This document shows, one piece after another, positions 15,224 through 23,989 of a DNA stretch of 36,264 nt. The notes under the pieces were generated by a model. That model was not told where the DNA came from, did not search any database, and saw nothing but the letters and a program-made list of their open reading frames with translations. Source of the DNA: a virus. Lineage: Duplodnaviria > Caudoviricetes. Location: the IMG/VR virus record IMGVR_UViG_3300024518_003409, positions 1-36,264 of that record; one strand, 5' to 3'. A program made the translations under genes and the position numbers. The stretch's first letter is position 1. Each line of letters begins with the position of its first letter.

Positions 15224-16792
15224 ATGGCCTACAGGCTCCAGCATATGGGCCTGAAGGTTGATGGCGTGAATCTGGATTTCTCACGCTACCCCTACGTGCC
15301 GTCCATTATCGACTACCGCGGGCCGATGTCCACGATCGTTAAGGGCGCGCAGATGGGGTTTTCAATTGCTGTGATCCTGCAAGCGATTGAGGAGCTCAGG
15401 ACGCAGAACCTGCGCGGCAGCCTATATCTACTGCCGACCGATGATGAGGTGCAAGATCTCGCGAAGACGCGCGTGGATCCGATCCTTGCGCAGGCTGCGT
15501 TCGCTGACCTCGGGACGAAAGTCAACACGGCAGGGCTCAAAGAGGTGGGCAGCGGCTTCTGGTACTTCAGGGGCGCAGGGCAGAAGGGCCAGAAGCAGGC
15601 GAGCATGAGCAAGCTCAAGAGCTTCCCCGCTGATCGCGTCAAGCTCGACGAATACGACGAAATGAACCCAGATCGTGTAGAGGCAGCGCGGCATAGGCTC
15701 GATGGGTCAAGCGATCCCCAAGAAGTGGGACTATCGACGCCAACACTGCCGGGCGTAGGTGTGGACATAGACTACGCGCGCAGCGATCAGCGGGCTTGGC
15801 TTTGGAAGTGCGACGGGTGCGGGCATGATGTCTGCCTCGAGGATACTTGGCCGGATTGCATCGCTGAGCCCACAGGCGCAGAGCCGTTTTTCCTGTGCTC
15901 GAAGTGTCGCGGGCCATTGCACCGCCGCACGGGTAGGTGGGTGGCTAGGCGCCCCAGCGTCACAGATCACGCCGGCTGGATGGTGAGCCAGCTAGGGTCA
16001 CTCGTGAAGAGCCCAGGGCGCATCCTCGACGACCTCTCGAAGGCAGAGGAACGCGGCAGGATGCGCGAGTTTACGAATCAGGTTCTCGCGCGCCCCTACG
16101 CCGAAGTGGAAGACCTGCTTAATGATGAGATGATGGACGCGCTAGTAAACCAAGACCGCCCACGAGCTCGATCCTCGGCGGGGCCTTGCGCGATGGGTGT
16201 AGATCCTGGGGTGCATCGACACTGGTATGTGATCGGTGAGCGGACGACAGAGGTCAACGGCCGCGTGCTTACGTGGGGATTCGCAGAGTCACCGGCAGAG
16301 CTTGGCCAGCTGGCTAAGCGGTTCAACGTTCAATCAGGTGTGATGGATGTAGGCGCTGAAACCAATATGGTACGCGCCTTCGTGAGCTCTCACCCGGGCT
16401 GGTGGGCTTGTAACTACGTCAACAGCAAGACGAACGACCCCGACTGGTCAGCTAAAACGCGCAGCCTCAAGGTGAGCCGGACAGCAACGCTCGACCAGTC
16501 GCACAGAGCAATCATCGACGGGCTCGAGAGTTTTCCGGCAGCCGATGAGGTCTATCAGAAATATGTCAAGCCGCAGATGCAGAACCTAGGCCGGGCGAAA
16601 GTCGAAGACTCCGAGAGCGGAACGATCAAGTACAAGTGGGTCATTCGAGGCGGCTCGAAGAATGACCATTTAAAGCATGCTTATTCATATTATCGGCTGG
16701 CACTAAAGCGAGTAGGAATACGTGAGACCGCACGACGCACGAATCAGAGGGGGAACGCAGCACGCGCGCCAAGCGCTATGGCTGCACTCTGA
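15224..16792 (+). CDS. terL: Terminase large subunit, GpA-like; true start possibly upstream
   Basis: KGAQMGFS Walker A, LDEYD Walker B, STPT, two CxxC, nuclease GVD...MD...NDH. Confidence 0.9.
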   Translation: MAYRLQHMGLKVDGVNLDFSRYPYVPSIIDYRGPMSTIVKGAQMGFSIAVILQAIEELRTQNLRGSLYLLPTDDEVQDLAKTRVDPILAQAAFADLGTKVNTAGLKEVGSGFWYFRGAGQKGQKQASMSKLKSFPADRVKLDEYDEMNPDRVEAARHRLDGSSDPQEVGLSTPTLPGVGVDIDYARSDQRAWLWKCDGCGHDVCLEDTWPDCIAEPTGAEPFFLCSKCRGPLHRRTGRWVARRPSVTDHAGWMVSQLGSLVKSPGRILDDLSKAEERGRMREFTNQVLARPYAEVEDLLNDEMMDALVNQDRPRARSSAGPCAMGVDPGVHRHWYVIGERTTEVNGRVLTWGFAESPAELGQLAKRFNVQSGVMDVGAETNMVRAFVSSHPGWWACNYVNSKTNDPDWSAKTRSLKVSRTATLDQSHRAIIDGLESFPAADEVYQKYVKPQMQNLGRAKVEDSESGTIKYKWVIRGGSKNDHLKHAYSYYRLALKRVGIRETARRTNQRGNAARAPSAMAAL

Positions 16793-16798
16793 GGCACT

Positions 16799-18868
16799 AT
16801 GTTTGATCCGAACGACGAAGACGAGGGAAGTAAGCTTTCTGCTCTCCGAGGCGATTTCCAGGCAGCGCTAGACGCTCGCAGGGAAGCACTCGAGGAAGCG
16901 CATAGGGCAGGCCGCACCTATCACAACACAAACAACGAAGGGCAGTGGGAGCAATCCGACTTGACTTATCTGCGCGAGCAGAATAGGCCGGTACTCTCGT
17001 TCAACCTCGTTGCGAGCAAGATTAATACCTTCGTCGGCACTGTACTCGAGCGCAAGCGCAAGCCATCAGCTCGAGGCATCGGCGGGGAGGATACGCTCGT
17101 TGCTGATGTGCTTAACGCTGTGGCTGATAGGGCAGCCGAGCTCACGAATGCGGCAGCCATCGAGGCAGACACACTCAAGCAGGGCTGCGTTCACGGCGAG
17201 CATCACGCGCGCTTTGCCGTCGATAAAGACCCGAGCAATCCGCTAGGGCGCCGCTATACGCTCGACTCCTTGCCTTGCTACGAGGTCAGCTACGACCCTG
17301 CCTCAAGACTTGCTGATCGGTCAGACGCACGATTCGTCTTCTGGGATCGTTGGCTCTCGAAGACGGAATTTAACGCGACCTATCCCGATGCGAGCTGGGA
17401 AGAGGTGTCAGCGCGTGGAGATTCTGAGATCGACGCGCACGAGTATGAAGGCAGCGACAAGGGAGAGCTCCACGAGCTCGACGACCCGACCGCCGACGAT
17501 ATGTATTCGAGCGGCGCCTTCGATAGGTACTACTGGAACCCGCGACACCAGCAAGTGAGAGTGATCCACTCAGAGTACAAGGTGCCCAAGAAACGGTACT
17601 GGATCATAGATCTACAGGCCGGAGTAGCTGAGGAGACGACTCGTGAAACGGTCGAATCCTTCGAGGACTATCAGGCGATGGGGTTCCTTCAGGGCATGAC
17701 ACCCGAGACCACCACCGATGAGGAGGTCTATGCGGTTCAATGGGTCGCGGGGCAGATCCTCTTCGATGGGCCTCTAGACCAGCCGTTCGATGGCTTCTCC
17801 ATCGAGACGTTTTCTTATGCCGTCGATTCGGAGTTGAACACGGCCTACGGAGCGGTGCGGAACCTCTTCGATCCTCAGACCGAAACTAACAAGGCGCATA
17901 GCCTCGCTCTCGAGCTCCAGGCAGGTCAACACAAGACAGGCACGATCGCAGAGAAGGGCGCGCTCGATGACCCGGCTAAATTCGAGGAGCAGACCCAGCG
18001 CAGCGGATCAGTTGCCATAGTGCGGGATGGCGCGCTCGTAGAAAACAGGGTGAGAGAGCGGCCAGTCCCCCAATTCAGCCCGGCGACTGCTCAGCGCCTC
18101 TCTGATTCGGTCACGATGTTCGACAAGATCTCGAACGTGATCACCGACGATGCAACACCAGCCGGCCAGGCTGAGGCATTTGGCACGGTCCAGTTGCGCC
18201 ACCGGAAGAGCCAAATCGCAATGGCGGATGTCATTCAGAACTATGACCGCTTCCTTAAGAATCTGAAAGAGCGCTATCTCCAAGCAATCGTGCGCGACAT
18301 GCCAGAGCCTCAGATAATCGAGTATCTCGGCAACTCGCCTCGCTATCAGATCCAAGACCGGATGATCTACGAGGTGGACCCCGCAACGGGCCAGCCCGAG
18401 AAGCAGGCGCAACTCGAAGAGCTCAAGACCCTGCGCTTTGATTTGACTCTCGAGGTGACCTCAGAGAACATCTCCGAGCGCATGATGGAGACTCAGGGCC
18501 TCGCACAACTCAAGCAGATCGGCGTTGCCGTAGATGATGAGGTGATTGTAGAGCTCGCCACTGCCAACAGATCAACGCGAGAGCGCCTCAAAACCTACGC
18601 GGCACAGAGTAACAAGGCGGCGCAGGAATCAGCGCAGGCGCAGGCTCAGCAAGCCCAGGCGCAGATGCAGCAGATGGTGGCTCTCGAGCAGGGACGCAGC
18701 GCAGAGACAGCGCGTCACAACCAAGCCGAGGAGCAACTCAAATTGCTCAAGATTCAAGGCGACATGGGGACCGACCTCGCAGCTATCTACGAGCGGGCGG
18801 ATGATGCCGAGCGCTCTGCCGTGCTCGAGGTTTTTAGAGCCGTGCAACAGCGGCAGCAACGGGCGTAG
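16799..18868 (+). CDS. Portal protein, P22-like
   Basis: GQW.....L..QNRP.LSFN, DP.S...D.SDARF, YG.VRNL.DPQ...NK, Q-rich C-terminal tail; follows TerL. Confidence 0.9.
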   Translation: MFDPNDEDEGSKLSALRGDFQAALDARREALEEAHRAGRTYHNTNNEGQWEQSDLTYLREQNRPVLSFNLVASKINTFVGTVLERKRKPSARGIGGEDTLVADVLNAVADRAAELTNAAAIEADTLKQGCVHGEHHARFAVDKDPSNPLGRRYTLDSLPCYEVSYDPASRLADRSDARFVFWDRWLSKTEFNATYPDASWEEVSARGDSEIDAHEYEGSDKGELHELDDPTADDMYSSGAFDRYYWNPRHQQVRVIHSEYKVPKKRYWIIDLQAGVAEETTRETVESFEDYQAMGFLQGMTPETTTDEEVYAVQWVAGQILFDGPLDQPFDGFSIETFSYAVDSELNTAYGAVRNLFDPQTETNKAHSLALELQAGQHKTGTIAEKGALDDPAKFEEQTQRSGSVAIVRDGALVENRVRERPVPQFSPATAQRLSDSVTMFDKISNVITDDATPAGQAEAFGTVQLRHRKSQIAMADVIQNYDRFLKNLKERYLQAIVRDMPEPQIIEYLGNSPRYQIQDRMIYEVDPATGQPEKQAQLEELKTLRFDLTLEVTSENISERMMETQGLAQLKQIGVAVDDEVIVELATANRSTRERLKTYAAQSNKAAQESAQAQAQQAQAQMQQMVALEQGRSAETARHNQAEEQLKLLKIQGDMGTDLAAIYERADDAERSAVLEVFRAVQQRQQRA

Positions 18869-18885
18869 AGCCCAAAGGGGAAGAG

Positions 18886-19920
18886 ATGCCAGAACCAGAG
18901 AAAGATGAGATTCTCGACGAATTCGACGCACCGGAAGAGGTAGAGGCGCAGCCCGAGCCAGAGGTAGCGGCAGAGCCCGAGCCCGAACCAGAGCAGGACG
19001 CAGAGCCCGAAGCAGAGCCCGCACAGGAGGCAGAGGCAGCGGCAGAGCCCGAGCCTGGAGTAGAGGCCCAGCCTGAAGCAGATCCGGCAGAGGCGAGCTC
19101 GAAGGATCTGAAGGCAGAGAAAGCAAAGAGCGCCGCACTCCTCGCAGAGATCACGAAGCTACGCGCGAGCAATCGCGAGCTCAGGCAGCCGACTGAGCCT
19201 CGAGCCCAAGCGCAGCCGGCGATGCCATATGAGGAGCCTCAGGCAACTCCTGCGCCCCCAGCAGGCGAGGCTATCCCTGTGCAGATGTCGGATGGGAATC
19301 TCGTTATCCCTCGCGATCAGATCAGCCAGATGATCACCGAGGCGACGACCCCGAGCCCTGAGGAGCAACGCGCCCAGAAGCAGCAGCAGATGTACTCCGA
19401 TTTCGTCGCGCAGGACGAGGGCAACGCGGAGGTCTGGAAGGATGCAGATCTAGCTATGACGTGGCTTGTCGAGACCGTCAAGAGCAGAGCTGGAGCCATC
19501 GGCCTAGAGCCCTCGCAAATGGGCACAGGCGGGTTCATGGAGTTCGCCAAGCAATCGGGAGCCATGGGCGAGTTCGCGGAACATTGGCCCGATATGGTTC
19601 AAGATATCGGCACGATCGTAGGCGCCTCAGTTACGCAGGACGAGTACATGATCAGTCAGGCCATGACGAACTACGCAGCCCGGCGAAGGGCAGCACGCGC
19701 GAGCTCGCAGCCTGTGACGCCTGCTCCTGCGCCACAGACTCAAGCACCCAATGCGCCACCGAATCTCGCGGGAGTTGGCACGCCTACCCCTGCCGGTACT
19801 GGTGATATGTCGAAGCTCGAGACCCTCGAGAAAATGGAGCGGGAAAACTTCTTCGATATGAAGCCTGGCCAAGTAGCCGAGCTAGAGCGTCTACAGGGCA
19901 AGCTGAGGCCCTATGGTTGA
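18886..19920 (+). CDS. Capsid scaffolding protein
   Basis: Acidic EP/EA-repeat N-terminus and coiled coil; between portal and capsid genes. Confidence 0.75.
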   Translation: MPEPEKDEILDEFDAPEEVEAQPEPEVAAEPEPEPEQDAEPEAEPAQEAEAAAEPEPGVEAQPEADPAEASSKDLKAEKAKSAALLAEITKLRASNRELRQPTEPRAQAQPAMPYEEPQATPAPPAGEAIPVQMSDGNLVIPRDQISQMITEATTPSPEEQRAQKQQQMYSDFVAQDEGNAEVWKDADLAMTWLVETVKSRAGAIGLEPSQMGTGGFMEFAKQSGAMGEFAEHWPDMVQDIGTIVGASVTQDEYMISQAMTNYAARRRAARASSQPVTPAPAPQTQAPNAPPNLAGVGTPTPAGTGDMSKLETLEKMERENFFDMKPGQVAELERLQGKLRPYG

Positions 19921-20177
19921 CTCAGGGCCTCATATGTGGTAATAGAATGCGACGGTTTCGCGCATACCTCGACTAAATGCGCGCTCACTACGGTGAGACG
20001 GAGTAAGCGGACTCTCCCCCGCAAGCCTCGGCGAGCTCATCGCCGGCAGCATAGCGAGAGTACAGCGCGGATCTCTCGACCGCGGCAGCCTGGGGGCCTT
20101 ACCTCAGAGGAGCTCTAGGGCTCAGGGCGTTTTATGCGATCCGCCCAACGCACGAATCCAATGGATGGATTTTTGCA
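19917..20177 (+). ncRNA. Candidate promoter (TTGACT at 19917) and long structured leader RNA upstream of the capsid gene
   Basis: Run of hairpins including CTCAC-TACG-GTGAG (cUNCGg loop). Confidence 0.45.
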
Positions 20178-21245
20178 ATGTCTGCAACAGAGATCGCCTG
20201 GGGTGATGCCCAGGCTGTAGAGCGCTGGAGCTCTAAGCTCGCACGGGAGACTGTCGGCAAGTGCTATTTCAAGAAATTCCTCGGAAAATCTGAGGACAGC
20301 ATTATTCAGCTACACACTGATCTGAGTAACGCTGCCGGGGATGTCGTTAAATACGATGTCCTTATGCAGAACCGCGGCGACGGTACTCAGGGTGATACCA
20401 CGCTCGAAGGCAACGAAGAAGCCCTTGAGATGTATCAGGATTCAGTGAACATCGATCAGCTTCGCCATGCTCATAACTTTCGGCGGATGACCCAGAAGCG
20501 TACAATCCACAACCTGAGGACCCTCGGTAAGACGAGCCTCAGCAACTGGTTCGCGTGGAAGTTCGATACGTTGATGTTCGCCTATCTGGCGGGTGTCGCA
20601 GGCGATGGCGCTGAGAGTGCTTCTGGCACGCTTGGCTCTGGCGGTTTCGCTGGCAACGCTCTCCAGGTGTCTGATGCTACGCACCACCACGATCAGACGG
20701 GCGGCGTTATGACCCTGCAGTATCTCGATGACTGCGTGACGCTAGCCAAGACGATCGACCCGCTGATCCGACCGATCAAGATCAATGGAGAGAGCAAGTA
20801 CGTAGCCGTTCTCCATCCCTACTCGGTCAGGTCGCTCAAGCTCGAGACCGGCGAGAAATCGTGGAACATGATTCACCAGCGAGTAGCCGAGAATGGCTCC
20901 AAAAACCCCATCTACACCGGGGCATTGGGAGAACATAACGGCGTGGTGATTCATGAATGCGAGTTCATCCCGACGGCTAACGCTGCGGGTGCGTGGTCTG
21001 GTGCTGCCGCTAACGATAAGGCGAATCTTTTCCTCGGAGCTCAGGCGGGCTGTTTCGCTATGGGCAACGGTGGAGGCGCTGGCTCGGGTGATGGCGGCTA
21101 CTTCTCCTGGGAAGAGCAGGCGAAAGACTACAAGAACAACAAGGGCCTCGCTGCGGGATCGATCTTCGGCATGAAGAAGACGCGATTCAATAGCTTGGAT
21201 TTCGGAGTTCTCCGACTCACCACAACTGACGCGGCGCCTAGCTAA
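20178..21245 (+). CDS. Major capsid protein, N4-gp56/DUF4043-like
   Basis: DL...AGD.V, LEGNEE.L..Y.D.V.IDQLRHA, LHP..V..L, NPIYTGALG...GVVIHE, G..KTRFN..DFGV. Confidence 0.9.
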   Translation: MSATEIAWGDAQAVERWSSKLARETVGKCYFKKFLGKSEDSIIQLHTDLSNAAGDVVKYDVLMQNRGDGTQGDTTLEGNEEALEMYQDSVNIDQLRHAHNFRRMTQKRTIHNLRTLGKTSLSNWFAWKFDTLMFAYLAGVAGDGAESASGTLGSGGFAGNALQVSDATHHHDQTGGVMTLQYLDDCVTLAKTIDPLIRPIKINGESKYVAVLHPYSVRSLKLETGEKSWNMIHQRVAENGSKNPIYTGALGEHNGVVIHECEFIPTANAAGAWSGAAANDKANLFLGAQAGCFAMGNGGGAGSGDGGYFSWEEQAKDYKNNKGLAAGSIFGMKKTRFNSLDFGVLRLTTTDAAPS

Positions 21246-21259
21246 GAAAGGAGCCAATC

Positions 21260-21691
21260 ATGGCTGCAACACTGACACAGGGTAATGGCGTGTCTCGAGC
21301 TATTGAGCGAGATCCTGTCTGGCTCACGTTTGAGGTGGATTCGGGAACGGCCGTTATTTCAGCAGAGTCTCTCACGTTGAGGGCTTTGCCTAAGTACACA
21401 AACATTCTGCAAGCGTTTGTGCAATGCGTGGAGGCTGACGTAGGGGGGACTTCGACGCTTTGCAGTCTCGCCTATGACGGCAATACGCTGCTGACTGGTT
21501 CCGCCGATAATGGCGGCACTATCAACACGGTTAATGATGGGCTCAACTCAGGAACTGCGTTCGCTCCTTCCGTCGATGGTGGTGAACCGACCGCCGGCAA
21601 CCTGTCTGCAGTAGTCACGACTGTAGGTGGCTCCATTACCAATGGTGCCGTGTGGCGGATTCTGGTGCTCGTCAACCGGAATGACTTCTAG
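21260..21691 (+). CDS. Putative capsid decoration/cement protein
   Basis: Beta-rich 143 aa directly after the MCP, strong SD. Confidence 0.55.
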   Translation: MAATLTQGNGVSRAIERDPVWLTFEVDSGTAVISAESLTLRALPKYTNILQAFVQCVEADVGGTSTLCSLAYDGNTLLTGSADNGGTINTVNDGLNSGTAFAPSVDGGEPTAGNLSAVVTTVGGSITNGAVWRILVLVNRNDF

Positions 21692-21716
21692 CACGATCTA
21701 ACCGCACTGCGTGGTT

Positions 21717-21758
21717 ACCCCCGAGCCTGCTCTATTCCCCCTGGCAGGCTCGGGGGGT
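21717..21758 (+). terminator. GC-rich 13-bp hairpin after the head genes (attenuator or stabiliser; no U-tract)
   Basis: CCCCCGAGCCTGC / GCAGGCTCGGGGG. Confidence 0.5.
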
Positions 21759-21773
21759 TCGCGCGAGGACTGA

Positions 21774-22424
21774 ATGAACCTATCAGCAATGCGCCTCAAA
21801 GTGAAGGCCCAGCTAGGCGGCACTGCTAGCAGCATGTCTGACACTGAAATTGATGTGCTCCTGAATAGAGCGTATCGCTTTGGAGTGCCGACGCTGATCC
21901 CCGGCGAGATGTTCGAAGGCACTTGGGAGTTTCAGGCGGTCATAGCTGTTGATACATTCGCCTATGATCCGCACGTGCTCTACCTCGAGACAAGCGGCGC
22001 GCGGGTAACGATAGAGCCTTATACTCTCCATAGCGATAAGAGTACGGTGCCTCTACGAATCTGGACTGACCCGGTGGAGTTCTACGCTCGCTTTGAGAGG
22101 GATGGCGATCTGACCTCTGGGCGCCCATCTGATGTGCTGGTTTATGGCCGTTCTATTGTGATTCGGCCAGGCTCTTACGGCGCCAACTACTATTTTTACT
22201 TCCCAGCCAAGCTAGGCCCGAGCTCTGATCTGGTCACTGCAGGGCTCGACGATGAGAATCATGCGATGGCCGTAGTGCTCCTCGCTGCACTCGAGACGGC
22301 ACAAGAGAAATCGCTCGACGAATACGAGGCGCGCATCAAGTCACGCCTTGAGCAGTATCTAAACCCACTCAAAGAGCAATCGCTAGGCCGTGGCCATAAG
22401 CGTAGATCTCGACGGAGCTTCTGA
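21774..22424 (+). CDS. Head-tail adaptor (tail tubular A-like)
   Basis: M.L..MR..V...L, I..LLN.A, GRP pattern; position after head genes. Confidence 0.7.
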   Translation: MNLSAMRLKVKAQLGGTASSMSDTEIDVLLNRAYRFGVPTLIPGEMFEGTWEFQAVIAVDTFAYDPHVLYLETSGARVTIEPYTLHSDKSTVPLRIWTDPVEFYARFERDGDLTSGRPSDVLVYGRSIVIRPGSYGANYYFYFPAKLGPSSDLVTAGLDDENHAMAVVLLAALETAQEKSLDEYEARIKSRLEQYLNPLKEQSLGRGHKRRSRRSF

Positions 22425-23110
22425 TGGTCTGGGATAAAGACATACCAACGGGCGCTAGCTTCGTCTCGCAGGGTGACAACACGATCAGGGCTAATAATGC
22501 GGCGAACGAAGCCGCTGTAGACCTCGAGCACTACTTTGCAACCGGCGGAACCCAAGACGGGCGGCACAAAATAGGCATCGGCAACGATGCTGCGCGAGAC
22601 TTCGCCATCCCTTCCCCTCTCGATGGGAACATCTGGCTCAACACGAAAGACTACTCGGCCAACGGGTGGATGATTCTTCAGGTCTACTACGCCACGGGCG
22701 TAGCTTGGAAGGATACAGGCTACCTCGACGCTAACGTGGCAGAGCTCGACACGGCTCAAGTATGGAGCGCTGGGCAGGCTGGCACTTACACGACGTTCTC
22801 TACGAGCTCGAGCGATTGGAATTGGAATTGCGACACTAGCCAGTATTTCAAAGGCACTCTGCCGGACGCTGGCACGCGCGAGATTCAGGCGCCAACGGGA
22901 ACGCTATTCGCATCGAATAACGCGGGCTCGTGGACACTCGAGGTCACTCAGGCCCCGACGACTGCAAGCACACTCACGCTTGATCCCACATATTTCTTCC
23001 CCGCCTATGGAGGCCAGCCCCCTATCAGTACGGTGCTCGGGTCGATTAATATGGTGTATGTGACACTACGCAGCAATTCCACATTCTTCTACTCTGTGGT
23101 GCCTGCGTAG
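22424..23110 (+). CDS. Virion structural / tail-associated protein
   Basis: W....P.......GD..IR.N...EH.....G.H N-terminus typical of podoviral tail accessory proteins. Confidence 0.55.
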   Translation: MVWDKDIPTGASFVSQGDNTIRANNAANEAAVDLEHYFATGGTQDGRHKIGIGNDAARDFAIPSPLDGNIWLNTKDYSANGWMILQVYYATGVAWKDTGYLDANVAELDTAQVWSAGQAGTYTTFSTSSSDWNWNCDTSQYFKGTLPDAGTREIQAPTGTLFASNNAGSWTLEVTQAPTTASTLTLDPTYFFPAYGGQPPISTVLGSINMVYVTLRSNSTFFYSVVPA

Positions 23111-23989
23111 ATGGTGCCCGGAATCGGATCTCCTCCGCCAACTCTACCTACCGTTGTGCCGACTGACGGGCAGACGGCGGTGGATATACATTCAGAGCTA
23201 GGCAGCCCTGCGGATGCGATGACCTACCTTTTCGTGGTGCCCTCGGCTTATAGCGTGGGTGGACCTGCTCCTGTGCAGGATACGACCGCTGGCGGATGGT
23301 TTGAGTCTGTTGCGGTAGATGCTACAGGGATGCACATCGATAGCCTCGGGATCTGGATCGTACCGGGGAATATTTTTGGCATGGGCGGGCGTGGTGGTGA
23401 TGGTCGCTACTCGACGCTAGACGCTACGTTTGGCGGGGCCGGTGGTGGTGGTGGTGCTGGCTATCCGGCTGGCCCTGCAGGAAACGGGGCCTCGTCTATC
23501 TGGGGCTCTGCTCAAGGTTCGGACGGCACAGCAGGCGACGACACCACGGGCTCGGCTCCGTTTAGCGGGGGCGCGGCGGGTGGTGATGATGTTGTCAACT
23601 CTCACCCTGGCCACTTGCTCATAGAGATGATATTCGAGGCGCTCATCACGGATTATAAAGAGGCCCAGAGTGGCGGCACAGCAATCGCTACGAATCACGA
23701 TCTCGAGATCTACAACGCGGGAGGCCAGATCTGGGGCGGTGGTGGTGGCGGGTCAGGCGGCGATAGTTACCCGCATGACGATTACAATTTTGGCTCTCGT
23801 GAATCTGGCGCAGGCGGTGACCCAGGAGATGTAGGCGTCAGCGGTGCAACACAGGGCGGCGATCCGGCGATATTTGGAACATTCTCAGCCCCTGGCGCAG
23901 CGGGTCATTACCTGCGCGTAGAGAGTTCGGCAACGGTTAACTTCCACGCGGGCACAGCAGACCCCCTCACAAAGGGGACGCTAGCTTAA
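23111..23989 (+). CDS. Glycine-rich tail-associated protein
   Basis: G.I.G.GGRGG and I.GGGGGG repeats. Confidence 0.6.
   Translation: MVPGIGSPPPTLPTVVPTDGQTAVDIHSELGSPADAMTYLFVVPSAYSVGGPAPVQDTTAGGWFESVAVDATGMHIDSLGIWIVPGNIFGMGGRGGDGRYSTLDATFGGAGGGGGAGYPAGPAGNGASSIWGSAQGSDGTAGDDTTGSAPFSGGAAGGDDVVNSHPGHLLIEMIFEALITDYKEAQSGGTAIATNHDLEIYNAGGQIWGGGGGGSGGDSYPHDDYNFGSRESGAGGDPGDVGVSGATQGGDPAIFGTFSAPGAAGHYLRVESSATVNFHAGTADPLTKGTLA

Noticed and set aside
14948-18868. Genome-wide TAG recoding
   Set aside because: Long genes are intact in the standard code and TAG ends several clear genes (portal, array genes)
18629-19172. Antisense ORFs over the portal end and scaffold
   Set aside because: Shadows of low-complexity, GC-rich coding sequence
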